Below are positions 1 to 9,659 of a stretch of DNA of 64,000 nucleotides, in pieces. This stretch comes from Anthoceros angustus (taxonomy: Eukaryota; Plantae; Anthocerotophyta), in the NCBI GenBank assembly GCA_010909165.1, contig MU008154.1, positions 682,001-746,000 of the forward strand. The letters are read 5' to 3'. Made by a program: the position numbers and the translations under genes. The notes under the pieces are model-generated. The model searched no databases. It was not told the origin of the DNA and saw only the letters and a program-made list of their open reading frames with translations. Position 1 is the stretch's first letter, and each line of letters begins with the position of its first letter.

Positions 1-429
1 ATTAAGCATTGATTAGTGTTAATTAATCTAAGTGCTTATGTTAATTAAGCATTGATTAGTGTTAATTAAACATGGTTAGCAATAGCTAAGTGGATAAGCT
101 CAAGTAATATGCTTTGGCATATTCCTTGCATATTATAGTGTATAGCTAAGTGGATAAGCTCAATATTTTGGCATATTCCTTGCATATTATAGTGTATTCT
201 TAGGATATTTTGCATATGCCGATGCCAATAGGATATCTTAGAATATGCCGTGGTCTAGATATATAGACCCTTCCATTGAGGACAAGCTCGATCATAGCTT
301 GTCCTCTAGATATGCAATGCAAGTTGTGAGGAGGCCAAAGCTATGACTCGAGAGCGATGTGTGAGGAATTTGCGTGTTGTTCTCGTGGGAGAGTGTGTTT
401 GTGCCACGACGTGCGAGCTACTCCCTCCT
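1..429 (+). repeat. Partial 5' LTR of the DNMT-gypsy element, with internal 43-bp tandem repeats
   Basis: Colinear with the 3' LTR (attaagcattgattagtgttaattaatctaagtgcttatgtta repeats through gctactccctcc); diverges abruptly at ~430. Confidence 0.85.
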
Positions 430-619
430 ATGCCATGATCTGTGTACACGCATGCAGGCGATGCTAGGCGGGCGCGACAGGCGTTAGCGATGCTAGCGAC
501 GCCAGGGCGAGCTAGGTGACGCTAGGCGCCAGGCGACGCCAGGCTAGGCCGCCAGGCCGCTAGGCGAGGCTACGAGGCAACGCCGCAAGCAGGCAAGGGA
601 CTCAAGTGTGCCCAAGGCT

Positions 620-855
620 TGAGGCCAGAGAGGGACCAAGCCAAGGCCAAGGAGAGAGGAGGAGAAGCCCAAGTCCAAGGCCAAGAGGAGGCGAAGCCCA
701 AGTCCAAGGCCAAGGAGAGGAGGAAGAAGCCCAAGTCCAAGGCCAAGGAGAGAGGAAGAAGCCCAAGTCCAAGGCCAAGGAGAGGAGGCAAGAAGCCCAA
801 GTCCAAGGCCAAGGAGGCGAAGCCCAAGTCCAAGGCCAAGGAGAGGAGGCAAGAA
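620..855. repeat. Minisatellite, ~7 copies of aagcccaagtccaaggccaaggag(agaggaggcaag), preceded by GC-rich gctaggcg/ggcgacgcca repeats (455-600)
   Basis: Visible tandem units of ~24-36 bp. Confidence 0.9.
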
Positions 856-946
856 GGCAGAAGAAGCCCATACCAAGGAGAGGAATGAGGCTCCATGTGG
901 CCTTTTAAGGCCAACCAACCAAGGAGAAACAAGAGTATTTTACCTT

Positions 947-1210
947 GGGCCCTGATTCCAAGGGATAAAGGATAGACATGGGTATGTCATCAGTCCATTG
1001 ATTTCACTTTCTGTCCAAAACTCCTAGTCGGCACCCCATCCAGGTACTGATCCACCCCACGGGTGCTTAACTCTGAGTTCCTATGCCTTTGCTATCCAAC
1101 TCACCCACCCCTCACATTTTTGACCATATATGCAGAGTATTTATGCAATTTTAACATGCATAGATACTTAGAGGTTTCACTAATCACGATCTAAGATAGG
1201 GGTGTGTTAA
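947..1210 (-). mobile_element. Cassandra-like LTR with 5S rRNA-derived core and a degenerate tRNA-Met PBS
   Basis: 1019-1085 (actcctagtcggcaccccatccaggtactgatccaccccacgggtgcttaactctgagttcctatg) aligns by eye with the reverse complement of the 5S rRNA internal control region (acttcccaggaggtcacccatcctagtactactctcgcccaagcacgcttaactgcggagttctgatg). 947-960 reads tggaatcagggccc on minus, resembling the PBS tggtatcagagcc. Confidence 0.6.
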
Positions 1211-1249
1211 CCTTGATTAAGGGTTTGATCTAGCCACTAACCGCCTGGA

Positions 1250-2480
1250 GTGCATGCTCGACACACTCGATCCGGACGGAGCTACCAACCAGAAGTCCAT
1301 CGAGCGAATTCAAGTCCCGACCAAGAGGAGAAGTGCGAACACCGATTTTGGTACCAGAAGGACGGAGGAACCCAAACACAATCAACAATCTTTGAAGGAT
1401 CCGTGAGTGGCAACACACAAGACACGTTAGTGCCGGGACAACTCAAATGGGAAGCGAGGAGGACTTGTCTCTTGGAGTCGCCAAGATGGGAGGAGACAAG
1501 GATCGAATGGAGTTGTTCACGGAGCGGGCACCTTGCTGGAGGACTTCATCGAGAAATGCGTGCGGTGTGTGCGGAGATGGAATTGAAGACCGGATACACG
1601 AAGCGATACGCTTCATCCAAATGCCGAAGTACTTGGGGATGAAGCATTGGCGTGCTATCGCGAAAGGCGAGGCTTGAGCGGTGGAGGACCCGATGAGTAG
1701 CAGTTCAAGCTCCGAAGGAACCGTCTGAGCAGGCGGTGGCACCAGTGGGCACGATCCCATCGAAGAGATGTTTGACATCTTCCTGGAGTTTCCTGCAAGC
1801 ACGGATGAGAAGATCTCCGGTGACACACTTCAAGATGAAGGCGAGATGCGAAGATGGCTTATCAAGAATCGACCGGTTAGTGCGTGACACCAAGATCATG
1901 AGTGACCCGAGATGCCGCGGGCATTGCCATATGCTGCGCATGAAGGTGCAACAAGCGGTGCACACGAAGGGGCAACACTACACCCTCAAGGAAGTGTACG
2001 AGATGGTGACAAGATAGGGCCCGACACTTTCTCGTCTTGTTGCAAGTGATTACTCCCAAAGTAGGAGTGGTGGGCGACATGACCGACGAGGTCGAGTGGA
2101 GGAGCTCGAGACAAGCCAGCCCACAGCCCCAAGAGATGCGTGAGGTGCCGAGGGGCGGACCATTCCCTCATGAGTGCGAGCATGCATTCGGAGGAGTCAA
2201 GGGTGAGGAGCCATGCCCTAGGTGTGAATGCAGGCACAATGAAGCGGCATGTTGGGAGAAGCATCCGAATTGCGGCCTCACGGGTTATCGAGCAACAACC
2301 CGGCCAATGCATGCGTCAACCTCATCCACAAAATCGAAGAGCAAAGGCGCCGTGGAGGAGGCACCGGCGAAGTCCCGTGGACAAAAGAAACGGAAGCATC
2401 AAAGAAGGCGATGGACAGCTACGTGGCACGCCTTGCAAAGCTGGAGAAGTTGGTGCGGAAGGCGAAGATCAAGGAGAGCG
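1250..2480 (+). pseudogene. Gag remnant (frameshifted) with zinc knuckle
   Basis: CPRCECRHNEAACWEKHP at ~2213-2268 (CX2CX3HX4C), located upstream of the protease. Confidence 0.6.
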
Positions 2481-2964
2481 GTTCATCATCGAGGACGAAG
2501 AAGATGAGCACAAGCTTGGATACATGGCGGACGGATCCAAGGGCAGGGGAAACCTCGCTACGAGAAGATAGCTCGGAGGAAGAGGATGTCTTGACACCGG
2601 TCACGGAAGACACGGAAGGAAGCTTGGGATCCTCTTCCGAACCTATGCCAAGATGCCAAAGTCGTTTGAGCCATTGCCAGAACAGCTGTGGAGCAACATC
2701 AAAGTCCAGTGGGCGATGTGGAGAAACCCATGCACAGTTCGGCGGAGACGATGGCACAAAAGCTTGAGATGCCATGTTTGACCTACAAGACATGGGGTTG
2801 AGCGTGAAGGAAGTCGGGGTTTGACTCGGCGGATGTTGACAACCCTTGAAGACGAAGCAAGTGTCACAATGTGCCACAGTGGCAATGATGTCATTCGACC
2901 TCGAGCCAAGCATCTCGTGGAGAAGCGGAATCTTGCCGAGTGGGAGTGGCTTTGGTCAACAATC

Positions 2965-3300
2965 GGAGAGGCACATTGAAATCAATGGATTCGCACCAAG
3001 GAGGTGTTGATTGACACCGAGCACGCCGGTGATCGTTGGAAGAAGAGTGAAGGAAGCGTTGGGTCTCCACCAAGAAAGGTTGAAGGAAACCAAGTGGAAG
3101 ATCCGGACGCATGGGACCACGGAGCATGTGTTGGGGTGACAAGGTACAAGCTGAAGGTTTCATTCAAACCAAGAATGAGACTTCACCTTTGTCGAGGTAC
3201 ACCGCTTGGTCAATCACAGACACTTTTGATGTCTTCTTGGGGACGCTTTGTACAAACACAGAGTCATGGTGGATTTGTGGGAGACAGTCTACTATCGACC
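2965..3300 (+). pseudogene. Retropepsin-type aspartic protease remnant
   Basis: Across frameshifts: (K)EVLIDT[G]ARPVIVGR at ~3001-3045 and TDTFDV(L)LG at ~3215-3242. Confidence 0.7.
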
Positions 3301-3667
3301 AGTGGAGAAGGAGCAAAACCGATGAACGGATTGCCCGCATCCCTCTCTGCATGGCAAGGATCATGAGAACCTCATTGCCACAGCGTCTACCCAGTGTTTG
3401 GCGCCGTAGTGAAGGACACGCCACGTGCTTGAACCTCTTGGCGTGTGTCTAACAACTGACCCGATGGAGGATTTCGGCGAGGAGGAGGAAAACAAGCTAG
3501 GGTTGCAACCACCCTCGGAGGAGGTTCTTCAAGTCACTCGGACATGGTGGCTGTGATGAGCCGTGCAAAAGGCAGGGAGGATGGTGCAAGAGGACCGGTG
3601 CCCTATGAGCCGGAGAACTCTGTAAGTTCTTGCCTAGGGTTGAGCCTGTTTGTGACCTAACACAGTC

Positions 3668-4145
3668 ATCACATGGCGACCTCGGGAAGGCGGCATAGTG
3701 CTCGTGGAACTCTTTGGAGGCATCGAACGGCTTGGCAGTGTGGCATCAAAGTGCGAAGATACGTGCATTGTGACCCGGATCCAAAAGCAAGGATTGTGTC
3801 AGAGCGTAAGAGACTTGATGGGGAGTACCTAACCTCGACGTGGGGAGTCGGTGAAGGGTTTACTGCCGATGGATGTTCGCATGATAGGGTTGTCCCATTT
3901 GAGTTGTCTTGGGCAACCGGTGGACCTTGTCATCGCGGGTTGGGAGTGTCAAGGACTATCCTCTGCAGGCAAGGTCAAGGTCTCAAGGATCCACAGCATT
4001 GTTCTATGACTGATGAGGATCTTGCGCTTGATCCGAAAGGGCAAGAAAGGCCTTGTGGATACATGTTGGAGAATGTGCCATGCATGAGCGTGAAGAAGCA
4101 AGTTCGGAGGACTTTGCCACGATCCGAGGAGTGTTGGGTCGGAGC
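3668..4145 (+). pseudogene. C5 cytosine DNA methyltransferase catalytic domain, motifs I-VI; frameshifted and truncated before motif VIII
   Basis: Motif I GIVLVELFGGI at ~3692-3724; CGIKVRRYVHCDPDPKAR (motif II region); motif IV PVDLVIAGWECQGLSSAG at 3917-3970 with catalytic Cys codon 3947-3949; motif VI GYMLENV at 4057-4077. Confidence 0.9.
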
Positions 4146-4189
4146 TCAAATCTTAACAAAAAGTGTAACATAGGCGGCCTTTTCTAGTA

Positions 4190-4370
4190 GGGTTTGTAGC
4201 CTTTCACGCCATCAATATATCCCACGAATATTAGTTTGTGCTCGAGCGTCAAATTTGCTGCCTTTGGATCATGAAGTCGATGACGCTTCTCTTTGGGAAT
4301 CCATGCATCACCCGAAATCCGAAGATGGGGAGAGAGAGGCTTGTGGCGCCCAAGCCTCAAAGGGAGTCCG
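4190..4370 (-). pseudogene. Copia integrase C-terminal fragment interrupting the DNMT element, next to an assembly N (4372)
   Basis: KLIFVGYIDGVKGYKPY resembles KLLMLGYTEGIKAYKLY of the copia pol elsewhere in this window. Confidence 0.55.
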
Positions 4371-5160
4371 ANATCTTTATTCTGGATGCTTTCTAAGCAA
4401 AGTGATTGCCGGGTTGTTCTCAACATGCATCACCGGGTTGTTTCAATATTTGCAGTAAGCATACCATCTTCTCCATTGCCGGGCTGCATCCTTGCAGATG
4501 CCCTTGTTGGTTGCTTCTCACCGTAATTGCTTCGCGCGATGAACCGGTGGGTTGCTTCGAACCGCAGATGCATTTCACACCGGTACGGTCCACATGCACC
4601 GCCACGCCATCGTGAGTATCCCGCCGGCGGATGCACCCCGCCTGGGCGCCATATGGGTGGCGACCGGAAGTCAAGCCCGCTTTAGCTCCACTAACGGTTT
4701 GCCTCACTCCTTCTAAACAAATTTGGTGTATAACCTTGTGGAACACAATGTACCCATCATTGTTTCTCAACTCGCAGTAGCCTCACGGACACCTACCGGC
4801 AAGACACAGTTGTCAAAAGTCTTGATCGCAGGTGAGTAGACGCGAACGACATTGGGGTTTGCCGTGGTCGCCTTCACCGCAGGGGAAAATTAGCACCTGG
4901 TCATTCTTCTCAACGAAAGTCGCTGCCTCGTCTGGGCCTCACGCCGCCTGGTTTTTTTTTCGGTAGCAGTGAAATTTTAGAGAGAGAATCGGCCTTTTGG
5001 CCATTATTTTACCCAAGATAGTAAAATTCATTACACTATAGTAGAAAACATGCCAAGTGGGGTGGATATGATCTACCATCAAGGTGGAAAAGAGCACTAG
5101 AGTAGAAAACATTTAGCGCTGAGTCGCCACCAACTTCGAAACCAAGAAGGCGGGCTGTGG

Positions 5161-5430
5161 GTGAAGGATTCCGACTCGCATCTCAACAAGAGAAGGCGAG
5201 TTTGGAGGGCAAGGAGAGTGCGAGAGGAAGCGTGCAAGCCATCCGAGCCACCACATGAGTGGTTAACAGCCGAGTTGAAGAGCAACCAACGCCGCCTAAA
5301 GGAGTTGTTGGAGGCATCGCGACATGTGTTTGCTTTCACGCTATGGAGATGGGGAAGTACACCAAAGGGAAGTTCCACATAGAACTAATCAAGAATGAAC
5401 CAAGTGTTCAGAGGCAGGCTCGAAGGCAAG
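5161..5430 (+). pseudogene. Gypsy pre-RT linker; RT, RNaseH and integrase are deleted after it
   Basis: LKELLEASRHVFAFT / MGKYTKGKFHIELIKNEPSVQRQARR is typical of the segment just before gypsy RT; no YxDD or integrase motif follows. Confidence 0.65.
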
Positions 5431-5519
5431 AAGAAAATGACGACAACACCGGGGAGAGTAGTCCACATGAGCCCATGAGGATGTCAAGACAAGCCTCCAC
5501 TCATGGACAAGGTTCATAA

Positions 5520-5573
5520 CCTCCGGACGACATTCCCAAAGGAGATTGGTTTTGTGCACAATGCACTACATGA
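5520..5573 (+). pseudogene. C-terminal half of a PHD finger ending the pol ORF
   Basis: PPDDIPKGDWFCAQCTT-stop matches the PHD tail consensus (P..vP.G.W.C..C). Confidence 0.75.
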
Positions 5574-5636
5574 GGTGCGACGTGTAGTTCTACTAATGAT
5601 AATGTTTTGACTTAGAGTCTCACATTATCGGGGGAT

Positions 5637-6390
5637 TGGTTGCACCTATATCTACAGCAGATTTGTTTGCTTGGTTGTTGGTCGAGGAAGTGCTTATATG
5701 AATTCAAGTGCTTACCTCGACATGATGCGCCGCAGTGTGATACTAATCTGCACTTGGGTTTAGTGTTTGATTAGCATTAATTAATCTAATTACTTATCTT
5801 TAAGTAAGTAATTAGTGTTAATTAATCTAAGTGCTTATGTTAATTAAGCATTGATTAGTGTTAATTAATCTAAGGTGCTTATGTTAATTAAGCATTGATT
5901 AGTGTTAATTAAACATGGTTAGCAATAGCTAAGTGGATAAGCTCAAGTAATATGCTTTGGCATATTCCTTGCATATTATAGTGTATTCTTAGGATACAAT
6001 AGCTAAGTGGATAAGCTCAAGTAATATGCTTTGGCATATTCCTTGCATATTATAGTGTATTCTTAGGATATTTCCGCATATGCCGATGCCAATAGGATAT
6101 CTTAGAATATGCCGATGCTGTGGTCTAGTATATATAGACCCTTCCATTGAGGACAAGCTCGATCATAGCTTGTCCTCTAGATATGCAATGCAAGAGCTGT
6201 TGTGAGGAGGCCAAAGCTATGACTCAGAGATGTGTGAGGAATTTGCGTGTTGTTCGTGGGAGAGTGTGTTTGTGCACACGCAAGCTACTCCCTCCACTGT
6301 TGTTACTGGTGTGCGGGTAACTTGAATCGTATAAGCACTTCCCGACCAACCAAGCAAACAAATCTAATACTGAGATATATAGTGCAACCA
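5637..6390 (+). repeat. 3' LTR (754 bp) of the DNMT-gypsy element
   Basis: TG..CA ends, terminal inverted repeat, preceded by a PPT, internal 43-bp and ~75-bp tandem duplications, matches 1-429. Confidence 0.9.
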
Positions 6391-6429
6391 AGAAGTGCTT
6401 ATATGAATTCAAGTGCTTACCTCGTGCGA

Positions 6430-6843
6430 CCACATGCGATGGGTGGTCCCTCTCGGGTGCACACTTTGGAACTCGATCTAGGTATCCATAGAACCTCCAC
6501 GTAATCAAACAGGGATTCTCTCTTCTTCCCACGGAGGGTCTCCGCCTGTGGTCCCATGCACGATAATCGAGTCCTCAAGCGATTCAAGAAAGCCGCCTGA
6601 GAGCCCCCAATCCGCTGCCACCGTGCTATAGGTGCGACCATACCATTGTTGCGCGCGTCCTCAAGATCTGTGAAAGATGCGCAATGATCTATGACTCCAT
6701 CCTCCAAGTTGGCGTGGGAGACGTGCTCGAAAGTTCGCACAAACGCCTCCGCGTCATCGCCCTTCTTCTTCTCGCCAAATTTGACGTATTGTTGGCAATT
6801 GTGGAGCTGTGGCAGCCCTCCTCCTCCAGTGGCTCCACTCATG
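6430..6843 (-). pseudogene. Retrotransposon gag N-terminal fragment
   Basis: KFGEKKKGDDAEAFVRTFEHVSHAN...FLNR...RESLFDYVE is a retrotransposon-gag-like pattern. Confidence 0.7.
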
Positions 6844-8267
6844 TTGCTCGTCCCGGCCGTTGTCGCTACTCCTATGCTTCTCCTTCCCTCGGTGGACCAG
6901 AAAACTGATCGGGATCTTTGGGTGCTGAAGTTACGAACCAGCAGGGAGTAGCGACCGCCACGTCCCAGCCAGTCGGTGAGCGGTGATACAATCGGGGCGT
7001 TCATTAAGTCCTCGGACCAAACTGAAAATTCCCACTACTTGACGACCTGCCATTTCATCGATTCATTTGGAAGTTGGAGTGGACTCACCGCCTCGAGAAA
7101 CCCAACGTTGTGGAAATCCCGCGATGGTCGCGAAGTGCAGGCCGCGCTCGGGAGGATGTCTCTCCCTCACTACCAGACACCAATTTCTCCTCCACAACCT
7201 CTTTCCTTTCGCTGTCGGTGATCTCCGCCCCTTCTTCCTCCGACCCGTCCTCTCCTTTGTGTGTCGCGGCAAGGATGTCCTCCTCTTGATCGCCGTAACT
7301 GTTTCTTCCACTGCCCAGTGCAATGTGGCAGCAATTTCTTCCCTTAGTCGATTTCTTAGCCGTAGGCTAAAATCTGCGGGTGCGGTGAGGCGACCTTCCA
7401 CGTTCTCCTCCTTGGGTCTTTCCCTTACCAGACATCTGCAAGCATCCTCATGACCTCCAACCCACATTTGTTAAGAAGGAAGCAAATCACACCCTTTAGT
7501 GTCTCAGCCGTTCACCCCTATGACAACTAGAGGACGTGAAGTTCCTTCTTCACCACATATGGTCAACCCTCAGTCCCTTCTCCAACATTCTGCAGCCTAG
7601 CGATGGAAATCACAGAACTCAAATTTTCAGCGACAAGTCCCCGGCAACGGCACAAAAATGTGGGAGGGAAAACCCCGGGGCTTCCGAGGCTTCCCCCTCT
7701 AGCGGCCACACTTATCCCACTGTCGCTTTATACGTTGGGTTTCGTACCATGAGACTCGTGTGAAAATTCGAGGTCCTGTGATAACCGATCGCCTACTCCA
7801 GACACCTTCGACCTTCTAAACAAGCAAGGCGCCTCTACTCTCCTCTTACAGCAGGCTGCACCACTTGCACTCAGAAAATCACCAATCCTGACCCACAACG
7901 ACAACACACTGCGGTGTCCCGCTTTTCTTAGCAAATGAGGAGTCACACGGCGCGCCTTGGACCCCCGGGTCCACACCGCACTTCGTCCCTACTTCTAAGA
8001 CCAATCTTCTCCACTAGGAGCGCCTTTTACTTGCATTCGGATTCGTCCCTTAGGCTCACTGCGGGCCTTCCACTAACGCTCACACTCTAATCCTCTACTC
8101 ATCTCCTCCTCTTCCTCCTATTCTAACCTCACTGGCCACTGGATCTGGCTCGCCTTACGGCACAATCACCGTGCCTCCTCCATCGCAAGTTCTTCCTGGG
8201 CCGGTTATGAGTTTGGCACCAAACAACAGGACTCCAGGAGTCTCGTCTGCGCCTTTCCTCGCCGAGA

Positions 8268-8522
8268 TGACAATTTATATGGTATATGTGGATCAATTAA
8301 ACACTTAGAATAATTACATTGTATATTGTATCAACAAGAAGTTAATGCCTAATGAACGAAAAGACAACTTAATTTAATAAACCAAAAGGTATGACTATTC
8401 AGCTAATGGACGTAACCCTAGCGAACAGGTATTAACTTAAATAACCTCATGTTCACACTAAGTATATAAAAGGTAGCTAAAACCCTAAACCCTTATCATG
8501 ATTCAGCATATATATCTCATCA
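8268..8522 (-). repeat. copia-1 3' LTR
   Basis: TG..CA; near-identical to 15287-15541. Confidence 0.97.
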
Positions 8523-8805
8523 CTCCCACTTGGTGATCATGGTAAGGACAGCATCGTCCCCTCTTGACCCCTCGTCTTCCAGCAGGTTCCTTGTGAGACT
8601 GTGGCTTGAGCTGGGTGTCCTACGAGTTGTTGCGCCTTGTGCGATCCATTACGCCCGGTTCCTGCCAATTCTGAACAGGATGGCTTGTACCAGTGTGAAG
8701 CCGCTAGCCATGAGGTGCGCGCCCTTTATAATCTACCTCTACATTCTCACTCTTATGGCAATTGAGCATCTGAAGCTCAAAATTTCTCTGCTTACGCTCA
8801 CCGCA

Positions 8806-9587
8806 ATGTCTTCCTCCTCACCTTCTGATGATGCTCCGAAGCGCACTCGCTCCTGCTAACGATTAGGCGATTTGCTTCACCACATGGGGCAGTGCCTCAA
8901 TTACACCTCGAGTCGCGCACCGCCGGAGAGGTGCCAGAAGGCACGAGGGACGCCTGTAGTGGAAGAGGGAGGTCCGCATCAAGCAAGCGAGGGCATGTGT
9001 TCTCACGCAGCATCAGCCGCCGAGATGGGCGGACCATCTCGGGCCACACCAGTAGAGGAGAATTACTTCTCCAAAACTGCATGCGCTGCTCGCCGCTTCG
9101 AGGCAGGGGAGTACGCCTACTCTGACGATGAAACTCGTCCTGCCACTCCATGGAGGTTTCCACGAGTCTATGATTACACTGAGGAGACCAAAATCGTCAG
9201 CCTTGGGAACTTCAACAATCCTGGGACACCTCTGTGGTACAAGTGCATGTATACCAGGCTTGTGATGAAACGTATCAGGGTTTCCATGTGCAGGGAGTTC
9301 CCTGGTCACGTCGTCAGCCTTTATCTTGAGTACCAAGCTTTATGTGTTTTCTATTTGCCTGCAAATCCACTTCACAAGCATGTTTCCCTAACAGTCAGGT
9401 TACTCCCACTTGCTCTCAAACTCTGTTGCTGTGTGTAGGTTCTGAACAGCGGATCCAGGAGGAAGAAGGACTTGAAACTCTCGAGCTGCATTGTGGAGGC
9501 GGAAGAAACGTAAGACCCCGGATCAGAGAGAGCTTTTCCACCTCGTTGAAGCCGCATGGCAGAATCCTCCGACTCAAGGATAATTGA
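8806..9587 (+). CDS. Antisense accessory ORF of copia-1 (disrupted, possibly spliced)
   Basis: Starts MSSSS. The domain ETKIVSLGNFNNPGTPLWYKCMYTRLVMKRIRVSMCREFPGHVVSLY is homologous to the antisense ORF of copia-2. Confidence 0.65.
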
Positions 9588-9659
9588 TGATCATGGAGAG
9601 GAGTTTGAGGAGGCAAGTTTCAACTGGGACCCCGACTACTAGGTGTAGCAGATAGGCTG

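Larger units (their letters stand above)
1..6390 (+). mobile_element. Ty3/gypsy LTR retrotransposon (internally deleted) carrying gag, protease, C5 DNA methyltransferase and PHD remnant; starts before the window
   Basis: 1-429 is a direct-repeat copy of ~5845-6295. The 3' LTR 5637-6390 has TG..CA ends with terminal inverted repeats (tggttgcacctatatc / gatatatagtgcaacca) and a PPT (cgggggat) just upstream. Internal domains occur in gypsy order. Confidence 0.85.

Noticed and set aside
544-932. Lys-rich PKSKAKE ORFs (histone H1-like) and Leu/Trp-rich reverse ORFs
   Set aside because: All frames are by-products of a minisatellite; no globular domain or gene structure.
1019-1085. Functional 5S rRNA gene
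   Set aside because: Only the central part is present and it is diverged; no 5'/3' stem ends or tandem array context.
8478-8494. Interstitial telomere repeat
   Set aside because: Only about two units, inside an LTR; better read as a telo-box.
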